Notes: generated by a model not told the origin, from the letters alone. A stretch of 64,000 nt of DNA from Octopus vulgaris (GCA_951406725.2 OX597814.1:156488001-156552000), one strand, 5' to 3'. Shown: positions 40,960-56,259, counted from the first letter of the stretch. Program-made: numbers and translations.

Positions 40960-42780
40960 AATAGCTCGGATCTAAATGTACCACAGGACTCCGACCGAGT
41001 AACTAACTTAAGAAGATATATTCTCAAAACGACAAAAAATAACCATGAATTTACTACATCATGAAAAAATAAATAATGAACACAAAACAACTTAGAAATA
41101 TAAAACCATTGAAAGAGTAATCCACAAAGATAGAACTTACATGTGTAAAACGAGTGAAGTGAATAAGGAAACACGACATATGCAAACTCTAGAACATCTA
41201 CAGATTACAGATAAAAACAAAAGAAGGAATCGTAAAAAGCTAAATACATGGTCAATAGCAGAGAAGTTTTCCTATGGGACTTCCTGGCGCCTAAATTTTT
41301 CTGGCGCTGATACCTTTAACCGATATGTTGAAGAACATTGAATTCGGATACAAATACAATAGTAGGACAATTAACCAGCTTTTCTATATGAACAATCTGA
41401 AGATGAATGCTGCAAATCATGATATATGAAGCATCAGATGCAACATGGATATATCACTATGGGAATTTATATGAGATCCAGGTTTGGAAAATGCACCGAG
41501 ACAACCTTAGAGAGAGAGGAAAATTAAGAACAGATAGAATCAGATAGAAAAATAAACTAAGATAAGAGAAGAATTAGACTAGACACAGACACGTGAATAC
41601 TGAGAAATCAATGAATTATGCAGTGTACGACACACACAAATGAAAAGTATTGGAAAACAATATTAAAGACGCAGTAGATTAATATTTAAACAGAGCTAAA
41701 TTTAAAAAAAGTAACGTAAGAGACATCAACATTTTAGCTCTCTCAGAAATAAGTTATAGCTCTAATATTCTTAATTAGAAGTTAAGCGAACACAGCACCA
41801 CTAATCTGATAAAGAAAATCTATATTTACCAAAATGCCAGAAATTAGGGATCTTTGGCAATTACAAAACTACTGTAAAATATCAAGCTTTGGCCCACAAA
41901 AATCTCAGTAAAGAATAATGGAAAATTAATACAAATATCTACGAAATACAATCAAAACATGAATGTTTTGTGTCTACTAGGAAACCTTTAAATACAAAAC
42001 AAATACTAAAATGACAGACGGTTATAAAAAGCAGGAGAAACGACAACAGAAGTTATAAAATCCATAAAATATAAGCTAAAATTTGGGGTACAGAATGCCA
42101 TGGGAATACAAAGACAAGAAAAGTTTTTTCATAAACAATAATTTGATGGTAATACACAGTAACAGGGTGGTAATACAGAAGGAAAAGTCGCAACACTTTA
42201 TGAGAATCAGGACTTAGAGATGGGATTGAAAGGTTTTTGATTTCTACGCAGGATCAAAGCCTCTTCCAAAATCCATCAAAAACATGCTATGAAGCAGGAT
42301 ATGTGACGATATAGAAAATAATTACATTGTCTCTAACTTTCTAGTCTTAACCAAAAAAGTATACATCCACAAGCATGACAGCCTTGAGCCTTCCAAACAC
42401 AGGATTTTATCTCAACATTATGAAATACCAATGAAATAGATACTGTATAGGCATATACTAAAAGCTAACATTGGTTGTTTTGCTTGCGTAATTGTTATTC
42501 ATTTGTTAATATTTTTCTGTACTGATATTGTTCAATATCATTCAGTATTTTGGGGTTGTTTTTTACATAAATTTTTCATCGAGACATGGACATTACTGTC
42601 TTTCTTGTGGCTGCCATTGGAAGAGCCATATTAAATAAGTTGTAAACAAAGAGTTTTAAGAATATTATATTTATGTATATACGTTAGAGACAGAGCTTCC
42701 ATCAACCGGGTTAATTCTGCACTCCTGATAAACAAATGCTGCACATCTCTCAGGAATACTTGATGAATTTATTGAACAAA
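40960..42780 (+). pseudogene. Highly decayed R4/Dong-type (RLE) non-LTR retrotransposon
   Basis: Follows (AAT)n. Remnants of the INHLFYMDDLK motif near 41370-41405 and GFGKC near 41480; QDQSL near 42250. Confidence 0.6.
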
Positions 42781-42782
42781 AC

Positions 42783-42856
<74 letters not shown>

Positions 42857-42925
42857 GGTGGTGGTGGTGGTGGTGGTGGTGGTGGTGGTGGTGGTGGTGG
42901 TGGTGGTTGCTGCTGTTGCTGCTGC

Positions 42926-42967
<42 letters not shown>

Positions 42968-43533
42968 AATAGTAAGCTTGCTGCGACAGTGCAATGGAAC
43001 TGTTGCAAGAAATTTGCTTTTGAATGCACAGAAAAAAGCTGCAATCATTTCAAAGGTAAACAATGAAGGGAGATTATTGTAGGATGTTCTTATACAAACA
43101 AAATGAAGAACAGAACACAACAGTCTGCAGTCATTGACACGAAAAAAAAAAAAGAATGTAAAAAAGGAAAGTAAAGCGTTATACCCATTTGAAGACGAAA
43201 ATCCTCAAGTGCTGGAACAAAGAAGATTAATAAATTCCTGATGCTGTGTTAAAAACAGTGACAAAAATATTTGAAAACAAGCCTTATAAAACTTGATCTT
43301 CGCCTAGAAGGTGCAATGCAGAAAACGTTTTCTGTTAAGTCCAACAAAAATTATCCAAAATGTCCTTACTACAATGAAAATCTAAGGAATGACAGAAAGA
43401 GTAGTAAAAGTTTTCTGCAGTTAATATAAACTGCTCTACATCCCAGATCAAAAACTGTGGTTCAGTAGAAGGAATAACACCGAGCAAAGCACCAATTCCG
43501 TGAAACAAAAGAAAATAATAATAAAAATAATAA

Positions 43534-43637
<104 letters not shown>

Positions 43638-43639
43638 TG

Positions 43640-44820
43640 CCGGAACAAAAGGCTGTAGAAGGAGATGCAGATGAACTAATGGTAATGCAAGATTGTAAAC
43701 GAAGGAGAACAAATCAAGGAATGGCCTGGATTGACTATCACAAAGCTTATGATATGATTCCACATTCGTGGATCATCGAGTGCTTAGGTCTGTGTTGAAT
43801 TGCGAGGAATGTAACGTGTCTCCTGAAGAGAAGTATGGTGGGGTGGAAAACTGAACTGACATCTTACGGGAAAAGCTTGGGCACCCTGGGTATCAGAAGA
43901 GATATTTCTCAGAGTGACAGCCTGTTTCCATTACTTTTTGTTCTCTGCTTAATACCTCTGATTTTCGTACACAGGAGAATGAACCTGGGGTATCAACTAA
44001 AGGAAATATCCCAAACAATCAACCACCACTTCGTGAATAATTTGAAACTGTATGGCAAAAATTAGACACAAGTGAGTTCCTTGGTGAACACGGTCCACTG
44101 TTTTTGTACCGATATTAGAATGGAACTTGGACTCAAGAAGTGCGGAGTTATCTGCCTAAAACGAGGCACGGTACAATCCATAGCAGGGATAGAATTACCG
44201 AAAAGAAACTTGATTAAGCAAATTGAAACGGAAGGATACAAATATCAGGATGAGGATGGAGTTTTTCCGAAGACTGAGGTTGGTGTTGCATTCAAAATTG
44301 AGTGGATGGAATAAAATTCAAGCAGTTAATACGTGGGTGATAGCATCTCTTCGATATACAGCGGGAATTATAAAATGGCAAAAGAGAGAATGAAGGAAAT
44401 AGATAGCAAGACCAGAAAAATGTTGACAGTACACGGAGCTTTCCAACCTAAGAGTGACACCGGTAGGCTGTACTTGTCCAAAATAAAGGGTGGGAGAGAT
44501 TTGATCAGTTGCTAGTATTGTATCGAAGCAGAGGAAAACAGCCTAGGATAGTATATAAAAAATGCCGTGGAGCTACTGTTGAAACACACGAAGACCGACG
44601 TCATCAAAACTGAAAATTGTGTAACTAAAGAAAAACTTAAACAAGAAATTAACAACAACAACAAAAATATGGGAGATAAAGAAAACGGTCAGTTTGCAAA
44701 AGATGTGAATGCCAAGAGAAAGATATTAGCTTCAAAGCTGAATTCCAGAAGCATAATTTCGGCAATAAACTCGCACGCAGTCGCAGTAGTTTGGTATGCC
44801 ACTGGTATCCTAAAGTGGTC
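43640..44820 (+). pseudogene. R4/Dong-clade reverse transcriptase fragment
   Basis: MAWIDYHKAYDMIPHSWII, IRRDISQSDSLFPLLFVLCLIPL, NHHFVNNLKLYGK, DIRMELGLKKCG, GYKY, KTRKMLTVHGAFQPKSDTGRLYL..GGRDL. Confidence 0.92.
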
Positions 44821-44821
44821 A

Positions 44822-45200
44822 CTCTATTCCAATTTCCTTTATATTCCTCTTGATGCCTTCTGATACTGTTTCCAAGGACCCAGCAATAACTGGCACTATC
44901 TTAACCTTCATTTTCTATAGCCGAGCTATTTCATACTTAAGAGAGTTGTATCTATCTATCCATCTTTTCGCCTTTCTTCTTGACTATTCGTGGGTCAAAT
45001 GGGCATACAACATCAACTATATAGCATATGTAGTGCACCTTGTCCACCATCACTAGATCTGGTCTGTCATGCTCTAGTACCTGATTTGTTTAGATTGGAA
45101 AGTCTCAGAGGATTTTGCTAGTCTCTGGCTCTGCCACTCTCTGCGGTTTGTGCTCATACCACATCATAACAGAGAACAGTTACAAAACGTCTCCTTGGCA
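44822..45200 (-). pseudogene. R4/Dong restriction-like endonuclease C-terminal fragment, inverted relative to the RT fragment
   Basis: WYEHKPQRV..KIL*DFPI..HDRPDLVMVD..IVDVVCPFD..KYEIARL..IVPVIAGSLETV. Confidence 0.88.
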
Positions 45201-45331
45201 CGGCCAGAATAATCAGGTAAATATCAGATAGCTGAAAAGAACGAATAGCATGGTGCCGTATGCTACGCATGCAAGACTCCAGGAGCTCCAACAAAACCTG
45301 TGATTAAGAAATAATAATAATAATAATGATG

Positions 45332-45450
<119 letters not shown>

Positions 45451-45477
45451 AATAATAATAATAATAATAATAATAAT

Positions 45478-46031
45478 GCCCTGATGCAGTACCAGGCAGT
45501 GGCTCTCATGGCTTCTGATCTTAACTGATTGGAAGTGTTATCATGTACATTGTTTTGTCTTGGTATAAAAGATGGGCTACAGCAAATATTCTGCTCAATA
45601 CCACAGATTTGCTTGTCAGTTGTTTGACCTTAACCAGTTGAGCATGTCCCTTAGTGGCTGACGATATGTGCATCTCTGATCACGAGCAGAAGTAGTGGGG
45701 GAGCATCATAGCCATGTGTTGAGAAGGATTCTTTGGGGTTTGAATAATTCACCTCTGGAAACATGGGTGTTTCGTTCAACGTCCTTAAACAACCCTTATT
45801 CAGGGACCTTTTCAGCGGGATGGGTTACTCGATCTGAAGAAAATTCTAACTGGGTTCCACCTGCAAGGTCATGTGCTGTTTATCTTGATATGAGATCACC
45901 ATGTCGCGCACATATGGTTGTGATGCATGTGCCTGGTGTACCCTTATCAGACGGGTAGTCATGATGGGTATACTGGGCTTCGTATATTTTACCCCAGTGT
46001 CACTTTGATGGCATGCTCTGCTCGCTCACTC
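45478..46031 (+). mobile_element. Non-coding ~550-bp element inserted within (AAT)n
   Basis: Unique-complexity block precisely flanked by (AAT)n on both sides, with no credible ORF. Resembles a 3' UTR or SINE partner of a TAA-targeting LINE (inference). Confidence 0.65.
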
Positions 46032-46075
<44 letters not shown>

Positions 46076-47465
46076 TTATCATCACCGATATTATTATTTT
46101 CATTTTTTCTGCTACCATTTGTCATTGTTAATATTTCCTCTGATCTTACATGAGAAACTTGGCTAAAGTATTATTATTATGAATAGATTAAATTCCACAA
46201 GCCTGTAAATAGATTCAGCAGACGGTGAAGAGATTAGCAATGGACATTCCTGTGCAATAAGGAGACAAAAACGGCCTCACACCCTTGGGGTCAGCAGAGG
46301 TCAAATGTGTTTCCTATTACTATCCATCAATGAGAATGCTGGCCTTGGCCTTGGAAAGAACCAATTCACCTCGTTCTATTTTTAATTACTGATAGAAAAA
46401 ATTATTATGTTTATATATGCATATATATATATATATATAATGTAAGGTGTAAGTTAGAGGTGTTAAGCCCTCTAAGGGATAGAAGTATCCAGAGGCACTC
46501 CTGGTAATTACCTCAGTAAATATGGTCCTTGATGTAAGGTATACGGCAGCAGGTTATTTAAGAGGTAAACCGTAGTCTAATGTATATATATAGACAATAA
46601 GAAAATGGAGGAAAAACAACAAGTAGAAGTGTGTCTGTGGTGCTAAAAAGCCATTATTTAATTAATTAAGCAAGGTGAGGGTAAGTGTGAGTTTACATCT
46701 GTTTCTGTCTTTCATAGTTGCGGCATCAGAACAAAGAAGGCAGAGATAGACAAAGAGGGGAATAGAGCGAAAGATAGAGGGCGAAATCGGAAAATAAAAT
46801 GTTCAATGATTTGAAGTCTTACATTTTAGTTGTGTTCAAAGTTCATTAAATTCATTGTGAGGTAGTTGAAGAATAGAGGATGGTTGAATCCGAAGTCTCG
46901 TAGTTAGTATATTACCGTGGTTAGTTATTGACTTCCATGTGTCTGCTTGTTCAACTAGTTGACCGCCGGTGTAATCTGAGGGGATTATCCCTAATAAGGG
47001 ATATCTGGTGTAGTTAATAGGAGCTTTGTGTCACTAACTTATAGGTTGTGGGTAGTTCGTATATTTGCAGAGGCAGTCGTAAATGAGGGTAAAGTTTATA
47101 TCTAGCAGGAGTGCAATTAAGCGCGTAATGACAAAATGGCGGAATAATATTTAGGCTTGAGGAGTGCAATGAAAAGGTTACAAACAAAAAATTAAATACC
47201 TAGGCTTAGAACGTTATACAAATAACCGGAAGAACATAAATTCCTAAGGCAATTATCACAACACTAACCACATTCCAAACGAGACTAATAACCACATTAA
47301 CAATATGAACAACATAGATAAGATTAATACTAATAATATAAACAACAAAAAAAACTGTAGAAATAATGCTAAGATTCAAATTAAGATAACTAACAACATT
47401 AAAATTAATAACAAAGCTAATACCAACAATGGGAAAATTAATAAAATCAAGAATACTAACACGAC

Positions 47466-47519
<54 letters not shown>

Positions 47520-47526
47520 TGATGAC

Positions 47527-47580
<54 letters not shown>

Positions 47581-49129
47581 GATAATAATAATAATAATAA
47601 TAATATTAATAACAACAACAACAACAACAACGTCGACCCCAGTGCTTGACTAGTACTTATTTTATGGACCCCAAAAGTATGAAAGGTGAAATCGATCTCG
47701 ATGGCTTTGTTTTTCAATCGCTGTCTAATTTTGCACAAGGGTAACGGATAGGGTGACATTACAAGGACACATTACAGAACGAGAAAAAATAGGCTGAACA
47801 ACAAGAGATTGGAAATTTACAAATAAAAGAAAAATAGGTAATTCGTTTCACTGCTGCTTTGTGATCATTTGTTGTTGATTATCCTTGTGTATTTTGTTTT
47901 GTCAATAGTTCTATAATTACTACATATTCACACTAGCAAACGGAATGCTGCTTCCTGTGCTGTGAGTATACGCACAACTGGAGTTACCGTTTCAGTTTTG
48001 TTTAATTGCATCTAAAGTATTTAAGCCGTGTCTAGTTGAGTTAAATTTTGTATTGAATCTTGTTTACATAATGCCTGAAATGCTGGTTGCTTTATACTGG
48101 ATTAGCTATATTTCCCAGTTCACTTATTAATAGGACTGTCTCTGAAGTTCTGGCTGCTACTCCCGTTTTTATTATTGTTGTTAAATCTTGTTCGACATTA
48201 CATGAGAATTTCCTTGTCTGAGCTTTTAAAAACAAATAGCTGGTAATAAAATGCTTGTTGAGTTTATTGACTTTCGTTTTTCAAAGTAAGAGGAGGAAGA
48301 AATTTCTCTTAAAGTTTTGCTTTCGTTCATGATGAGTGAAGTTTCATATTTTACTACCTTCGCTGTTTAACAAATGGGCTTGATATATTACTAAAGACAT
48401 TTGAAGTTAATGGGATGTACAAAGTGTCAGCTGAAAAGAAGACTGTTTCCTATATCATCAAAACAATGACAGCAATATTATCAATGGCGGACTAACGTGT
48501 TCGGATAAATCTTAACAGTAGTTATAAAATAGTGGAGAGCTTTATCCAACAAAAGGTGATCCGACTCGGAATGTGGATAGTAATGGAAACAAGTGAGCCA
48601 AAAGGTAAAGATAACAAAAGACATTATATGTATTTAAAGAAAACCATCTCGTAAAGTAAGCAATATATTTCACTGAGAATGTTACGTTACGAGAGTGAAA
48701 GACCAAAGAAAGGCAGAATATAAAGAAAACTGAACTGCCTGAAGAGACTACTAAAACTTTCTGTAAAAGTAAAATTCCGACACAATGATGACGAAACGCA
48801 TTCTACGTATAGCTTTTTTCTAAATTATGCTGAAATCATTGATCAACTACTTATGGCTTCACTATGTAAGCGGAACTTCGGATACTCCAAGAAACTTCTT
48901 ACATACCAGCAGGATCGCTGAGCACAACTTGTTAGATTTCGGAGTCAGTAAAATATATTGGTTTCAAATTTTGGCACAAGGCCCGCAATTTCGGGGGAGG
49001 GCGTTAAATTATTAAAACCAGAATACACGCCAAACGCGCGCGCACACACTCATACTTCAATACATACATACTTACATACAAACATACATACAAACATACA
49101 TAGAAGACATAGCCAGCCACTCATGATAA

Positions 49130-49520
49130 AAAGGAATGCTGGTGCAATGTCCCAGTGAAAACCTCAATAAAATGTAAACACAATAGACCTGATGTAATGA
49201 TTTGGGACAGAGAAGAAAAACTGGGGAAATCAGATGACCAGTGGATGTTAACATAAAGCTGAAGATCAGTAAAAAAGAGAATACCTACGCTGAACTATTG
49301 AGAAATCTGCAGTTACTCTATCCAGATTACAAGTTCAGGTTTATACCTGTAATTATTGGGGCATTGGGATATGTAATACACTGCCTATATACCAATATTG
49401 AGAAATTAGGCTTCTCAAAACCAGAAAAGATAAAGCTGATTCGAAGACTGCAGATCCAAGCCGTCACTGGAACAGTAATAATCTGTAAAACTTCGCACAA
49501 ATTTATCATTTAAGTATATA
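49130..49520 (+). pseudogene. RLE-type LINE 3' end followed by (ACAT)n
   Basis: KCKHNRPDVMIWDREEK..PVDVNI..KKENTYAELLRNLQLLYPDYKFRFIPVIIGALG..QAVTGTVIICK. Confidence 0.88.
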
Positions 49521-49621
49521 CGAGCATGTCTAGATATGCAAGTATACGCATAAGACATACATTAAACAAAACATACAAATCTGCACACATACATACATAC
49601 ATACATACATACATACATACA

Positions 49622-49655
<34 letters not shown>

Positions 49656-49862
49656 CATACATACATACATACATACATACATACATACATACATTCATAT
49701 ATACATACATGCATGCATACACGAATACATACATGGTCATATATATACAAACATTTATTCATATCCCACCAAAAGTTCTCCCTCGCAAGCAAGCATGACT
49801 TAGCAGCACATATGATACTTTTACGTAATTTTAGATACATACACACACACATACACGTACAC

Positions 49863-49921
<59 letters not shown>

Positions 49922-51367
49922 AGCAAAGTAGCTAGTTGTAAAATGTCAAGAGTAGTTACTATACCAACCAGTCACGTTAGTATATATACGACAGGTTTCT
50001 TTCAGTTTCCGTCTACCAAATCCACTCACAAGGCTTTGGTCGTCTCGAGGCTATTGTAGAAGACACTTGCCCAAGATCCCACGTAGTGGGACTGAACCCA
50101 TGTGATTGTGAACCATGTGATTGTGAAGCAAGCTTCTTACCACACACCCATGCTCATAAAGTTTAAATTAGCACTTTCATACATAGTGTAATCATTAGAT
50201 TTCAAATGTGTTTAACTGACAGTTGAGTTCTTGACAACTTTAGTACCTCATAGAATGCTCCAACAAGCTGAATTTTTAGAATACCTTTTTGACCAATCCG
50301 CATGCATCATAAACATCCCGATTACCAGGCGTACCAATATTCTATAACTTGTTTATATTTATATGCTAGAAATATTTTTTAGTCCGCATCATTAACTGGT
50401 TCTTATATTCTTGCTGCTATTTCCGTTCAGAACAGTTTTGAGCATTTTGATAAACCGTTTTTCTTTTATCTTTCTTCCAACCTCACTCGTGTCATGTAGC
50501 TGGTGGAAAGGGAACGTTCAATCTTAGTCACTGCATTAGAGCATTCTCAGAGGAAACGCATGAATGGATTGTATACAGTCAGACAGATATACAATGAGGA
50601 CCAAGCAATCAACTGCATCACGTGGCAAAGATCACTTATTGTATGATGTACTGTGACACCACAAGCCTTCGATAACATAAAACAGACAATAGAGGGATAG
50701 CGCTGGACTCTTCAGTATGAAAACCTTGTATACAGAGGAACAGATCCGAGAGTGCAAATTCACAATCGATGTTGATAAGCACGAGTCCCATACAACAGCG
50801 TCTTCACTTCGAACTTGCTGGAATTTGCTTAGCAGTCCAGTTATGAGTATGACCATTACCTGTATTGAACCGCATAGGGACATCTACGTTAGCAAGTAAC
50901 ACGTGCACGGAAAATATCAATGATATCCATTACAAAAGACAGATACGGGCGGAACGTTGCATTCTAGAGCTAAACACAATTTTGCCTTGCTCTGTGATCA
51001 CTTTGACTTCTTACTTGTGGCCTACTATGCACCTCTACTGGCAATGTCGATTTGATGGAAGGAATGAGCTAATGTACTGCATAAACATGCAATTACAATA
51101 TTTAAAAAAATATTTCTGCAAGAAACTGTGGAAACCTTATCTACCGAAGTGAGCTAAAGTCCCACGGGCACCCTTCGACTTTTTGTATTCTCAAGGGTTA
51201 ATAATCACATGCTATTATTTATAGCTTCATGTGCTTCAATATCCACTGACCCAATAAAATTATTTCACATCCTCTCGAAAGTTTATAAATTCTTATGGTG
51301 TCAACATATATTTGTGTGAATGTATATATATGTACATACATACACACACAAACACATATACACACAC

Positions 51368-51485
<118 letters not shown>

Positions 51486-51886
51486 CAAATTTACAGAAAA
51501 CAAAAAACGAAAAGAGGTAAAAGAATAAGAAACAGGTGTATTAGTTTCACACTCGAGAAGAATGGGAAAGTCTTTGACGTTTAGAGCCTACACTCTTCGA
51601 CAAAAAGGATTAAGAGGGAGGTAAAAAAAATGGAGGAAAGTACAGGGAAAAAAACGGGGCGAAAAAATGTGTGGGGATTAATGGTTCAACTTGATGACAT
51701 GGCCGTTAATCCAGGCACACTTTTGTTCAATCCATTTCCCCCCTCTTTGCCTGTTTCCTCTCCTCATTCTTTTCTGTATAAGAGCGTATTCTTACAATTT
51801 TCCTGAACGTCAGACGAATACACCTTGTTTGTTGTTCCCTCATCAATCTGTCATTTTTTTTTTGGCTTTTTCTACAATTTTGAACC

Positions 51887-51926
<40 letters not shown>

Positions 51927-52524
51927 TTATATAGAGAGAGAAAGAGAGAATTCACAAAAAAACAAAAGACAAAGACAGGTGGTGTAGACAATAAACAGAT
52001 TTATTAGTATAACGCTCGGGAAGGGAAAAAGTCTTTAACGTTTCGAGCCTACGCCCTTCCACAGAAAGAAGCAAGAAGAGAAAATAAAGAATGTGTAGTG
52101 GCTAGCGATCTATCATGGCGAAGGCCGGACAGAAGGGTCACACATGAGAGCTAGGGAGAAGGGGAGATAACAAAATGGTGACGCACGCACGCACACACAC
52201 ACACATACACACACACAAACACACACATATACATATATGTATATACACAGACGCACACATTTATGAACTGTGTGCATATAGATGCAGAAATGCATACACG
52301 TATATAAATTGCACATATGTGTTTATCTTAACTTTGCCTTTCTTACGCTCTCTGTATATAAGTGGAGAAATTAATATATGACATATCTTGGGAATTTTTA
52401 GGCCAGGCACGATCCGTCCCTTCCCAGGTTTGACCAGCTCCGATATCTTCCAGAAAGAAAAATGAACAGAAGATAGAGAGGAAAAGAACAAATGACCTCA
52501 GTATACGATCGGTACTGTATTCAT

Positions 52525-52758
52525 TAAGGCGGCGAGCTGGCAGAAACGTCAGCACGCCGGGCGAAATGCTTAGCAGTATTTGGTCTGCCGCTATGTTCTG
52601 AGTTCAAATTCCACCGAGGTCGACTTTGCCTTTCATCCCTTCGAGGTCGATTAAATAAGTACCAGTTACGCACTGGGGTCGATATAATCGACTTAATCCG
52701 TTTGTCTGTCCTTGTTTGTCCTCTCTGTGTTTAGCCCCTTGTGGGTAGTAAAGAAATA
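52525..52758 (+). mobile_element. Full-length young tRNA-derived SINE with 14-bp TSD
   Basis: TSD ggtactgtattcat at 52511-52524 and 52759-52772. Head ggcggcgagctggcagaaacg..gagttcaaattcc; same family as 18010-18315. Confidence 0.95.
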
Positions 52759-54187
52759 GGTACTGTATTCATCGATCTCTAGATAAATTTAGTGTCAACT
52801 GGTCGCCGAACACACACAGACACACACACACATGTATTGTATGTGTCTGATAGACACCCCACCCCACACACACACACATGTATATGTGTGTGGGGGGGGG
52901 GAGTGTCTATCAGACACATACAATACATATACATATATGTAATATTCGAGATAGCGAACAAAAGTGACTGAAATGGGAATAGTGTAGTTGTACAATGCAA
53001 ATAGATATTGTGTGGATTCGGTGATTGATAGAACTCGTAGATAATTGGAAAGAAAGCACGATAGGGGACATGGTATCGTTATATTGAAATAGTTGCAGGA
53101 TGATTTTATTGTTGGCATTATCCTACCGAGGATTTTGCGAGATAATGTTAACGGCGCGACTATGTGTGCGTCGTGGAGAGATAAAAAGAGATAATACGGA
53201 AAAGTTTGAGCGTGTGATTCGTAGAAAGATAGATTGTTCAAAAGATAAAACAGATTTGGGAAATAGAGAAGGAATGAGTGTGTGTGTGTGTGTGTGTGTG
53301 AATGTGTGTGAGAGAGAGAGAGAGAGAAAGAGGGGGAGATAGAGACAGAGAGTTAAGATGACACGTAGAATTATCGATATAGAAATGGATAAATAGATAT
53401 TTTGAGAAAGAAAGTGGGTGGAATGAGAAAGGAATAAAGACGGGAATTCATAACAAAATCCTGCACAAGTCGAATACTGAAGACTAAAGCAAGAATAAAA
53501 TATATTTAACTCATATAAATGACACGTCTTGCGGTCTTGTCATATTCATCTGAATTTAATGCACTTCATACTTGTCTATTTTCGTTAACTAAGACGTACT
53601 AAAAACACTAAAATAATATCTTGCTGTCTGTATGTTTTACACACACGCACACCTACTCGTATATTATATATATACACTCTCACTCTCACACACATATATA
53701 TACATACACACACAAAGAGAGAGGAGAGAGAGAGGGAGAAAGAGAGAGAGAAAGGTACTGCGGCCTAGTGGTTAGACTGTTGAGTTAATGATCATGTGGT
53801 TGTGGGATCGATTCATCGACAAAGTGATATGGAATAAAGCAAGGTCCTGTATTTCACGTTGCTCCACATAACTCAATTAAAGTGAGTACCAGCCAAGTCG
53901 AGTATAAGTGCAGCGATCTAATCATCCTGCTGCCACACCCTGGACTGTCCGCTGGATCAAAAGTGAGTTTATTGAGATGTCTATATCTGGTCGCAAGTAT
54001 ATACATATATATATATATATACAAAATTTAGAGGACTGACCACTAAAAGTGGACAGCCTATATGCTAAACATAGACGCCAAATCGCCATTACCACGAAGA
54101 ATGTGTTCTCAAGAAAAATCTCAGCTAAAAACCAAAATGTAAAAATAAGCAAGACAAATGAAAATATACGAAATAAAAAACGATTAC

Positions 54188-54261
54188 CTATGTGCCAATG
54201 GTTTCACTTGTTAATATTTACGTATATGGACACGCAAACATCTGCAAAATCATCAGCATAG
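54188..54261 (-). ncRNA. Type I hammerhead-like motif with a mutated cleavage triplet, in a PLE-like repeat (relative at 60300-60510)
   Basis: Minus strand ctatg-CTGATGA-...-GAAACCATTGGCA-catag. Confidence 0.6.
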
Positions 54262-54517
54262 TCTGTCGTTTACAAAATACAATTTCCAGAACTAGATACA
54301 GAACGCTCAATCGAAATCCAGCAGGTATAAAGTTCTACAAATTATATTTAAATGTATCTTTCAAATGTCTTCACTTTGGCGCGCTGAAATCGGAAACTAC
54401 TCTGCAGTTAATAAACTACAGCAGTCAATTTACCAGTAATTTTTAATCTTCAGATTTAAAAAAAAAAATATGCTAAGCCACTGGTTTTAATTGATTAATA
54501 TCAATTTCAACCCTTAT

Positions 54518-54565
<48 letters not shown>

Positions 54566-54713
54566 TCTCCTTGTTTTTTCTGTGTCCCTTTCTGTAGAAG
54601 AGCGTAGGCTTGAAACGTAAAAGACTTTTTCTATTCCTGAGCGTTATACTAATCTGTTTGTTTTGTACACCACCTGTATTCGTCTTTTGTTGTGTTTTTC
54701 GTAAACTCTCCCT

Positions 54714-54750
<37 letters not shown>

Positions 54751-54754
<4 letters not shown>

Positions 54755-55534
54755 AAAATGTGTTGCTGAAAATGCACCTAAATTTAAAAACTCGTAAATG
54801 TGACGTCAGCAACTGGTGTTTGTACAAACACCAGTTGCTGACGTCACCTAACTCCAAACCAATCAAAACCGAACTTCAGCAAATAGAACGAAATGACCCT
54901 TTAAGAGAACCAACCAGCCGGAACGACTTATGACCCTCTCTACAGAGAAACCAACCAAGCAGAACGACAAAAAACGTCACCAGTATTTTAACGAATCAAA
55001 AATCAGATCCGCTCGCGGAGAAAAATTATAAATACATCTGATCCCAAAACATACCACAAGCGAAAGCGTCAACGGAAAGAGGATGAGAGAAGCTGTAAAC
55101 CAAATTCCTTTTTTTTTACTATTTTCATTTCTCCTTTATTTTTTCAGTATGACTTGTCGACCACCTTTGTACATTCAAACAAATTGATATGCAGTTTTAA
55201 TATTATTGACTGCTCTGAATATTCAAACTTGCACCTGTCTTCCTAATTCATAATGCTAAATTTATCTGTTTTGAACATGTTAATTTGTCAACATTGAAAC
55301 ATTTTAATTTGCCAACATTGAAACTTTTAAAGATGTTTTTTTTTTTCTAATTCATAATTTTAAACATTTACCATTGATAAACAAAGATGTTTTTATAATT
55401 CATAACTTTAAACTTTTACCATTGATAAACAAAAAATACTGTTAAAACTAGTTTGGTATATATGTAAATAAATGTATTTTAAGCATTTACGAGTTTTTGA
55501 AATTTAGGTGCATTTTCAACAACACATTTTCCTA
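54751..55534. repeat. Element bounded by ~50-bp inverted repeats, containing a perfect 48-bp palindrome (54800-54847)
   Basis: taggaaaatgtgttg..ctcgtaaatg / catttacgag..cacattttccta; palindrome gtgacgtcagcaactggtgtttgt|acaaacaccagttgctgacgtcac. Confidence 0.85.
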
Positions 55535-55725
55535 TATTTTTTCTTGAGTGGAAACACCCCTCACGCATTTCTTTCTTTTTTTTTTTTGTCATATTCGTTT
55601 TCCACATACTTGTTAACATCCCCCAGGCTTGTTAATTTTTTTTTTGTTCCCGGGTGAGGATCTTTATATTGACCTATATACATATATATATATATATAGG
55701 TTAATATAGTTGTGGTATATATATA

Positions 55726-55785
<60 letters not shown>

Positions 55786-55867
55786 TATATATATCTAATA
55801 TAGGATAAAATTTTTCGAAAAAAATTCTATCTGCCAGCATATTAAAAAATACCATTAAAGGTTAAAT

Positions 55868-56193
55868 TTATAAACAAGGGCAAAAGAAAAAATTTCTAAT
55901 GCCGAAAATAGGCACATCGTCAATAACCATATAATTCATCACTATAAGCACGCGTCTCGAAGAAAGCCGACAGAAATTTCTAAAAAATTCCATTATTATC
56001 ATATCGGACCCGATTTCAGAGTTAACTCATAAGAACCTTCTCATCGTCAGTGATAAGTGCGGCAAATAAATAAATGAAATACTTACCTATAACCCATGGA
56101 AGAATGAATGATGAATTATATGGTTATTGACGATGTGTCTATTTTCGGCATATTTGGCGTTAGAAATATTTTTCTTTTGCCCTTGCTTATAGG
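55868..56193. repeat. Inverted repeat enclosing a degenerate minus-strand hammerhead
   Basis: Arms at about 55868-55940 and 56110-56193. Minus strand reads atca-CTGACGA-tgagaagg...ctttcttc-GAGAC-GCGT. Confidence 0.7.
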
Positions 56194-56203
56194 TTGTTTA
56201 TAT

Positions 56204-56259
<56 letters not shown>

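Noticed and set aside
50500-51150. Coding-like segment with a faint Transib/Chapaev-like flavour
   Set aside because: No motif convincing enough to assign; left unannotated.
52525-52620. tRNA-like A/B boxes here and in other SINE heads
   Set aside because: Continue into SINE body and tail with TSDs; not tRNA genes.
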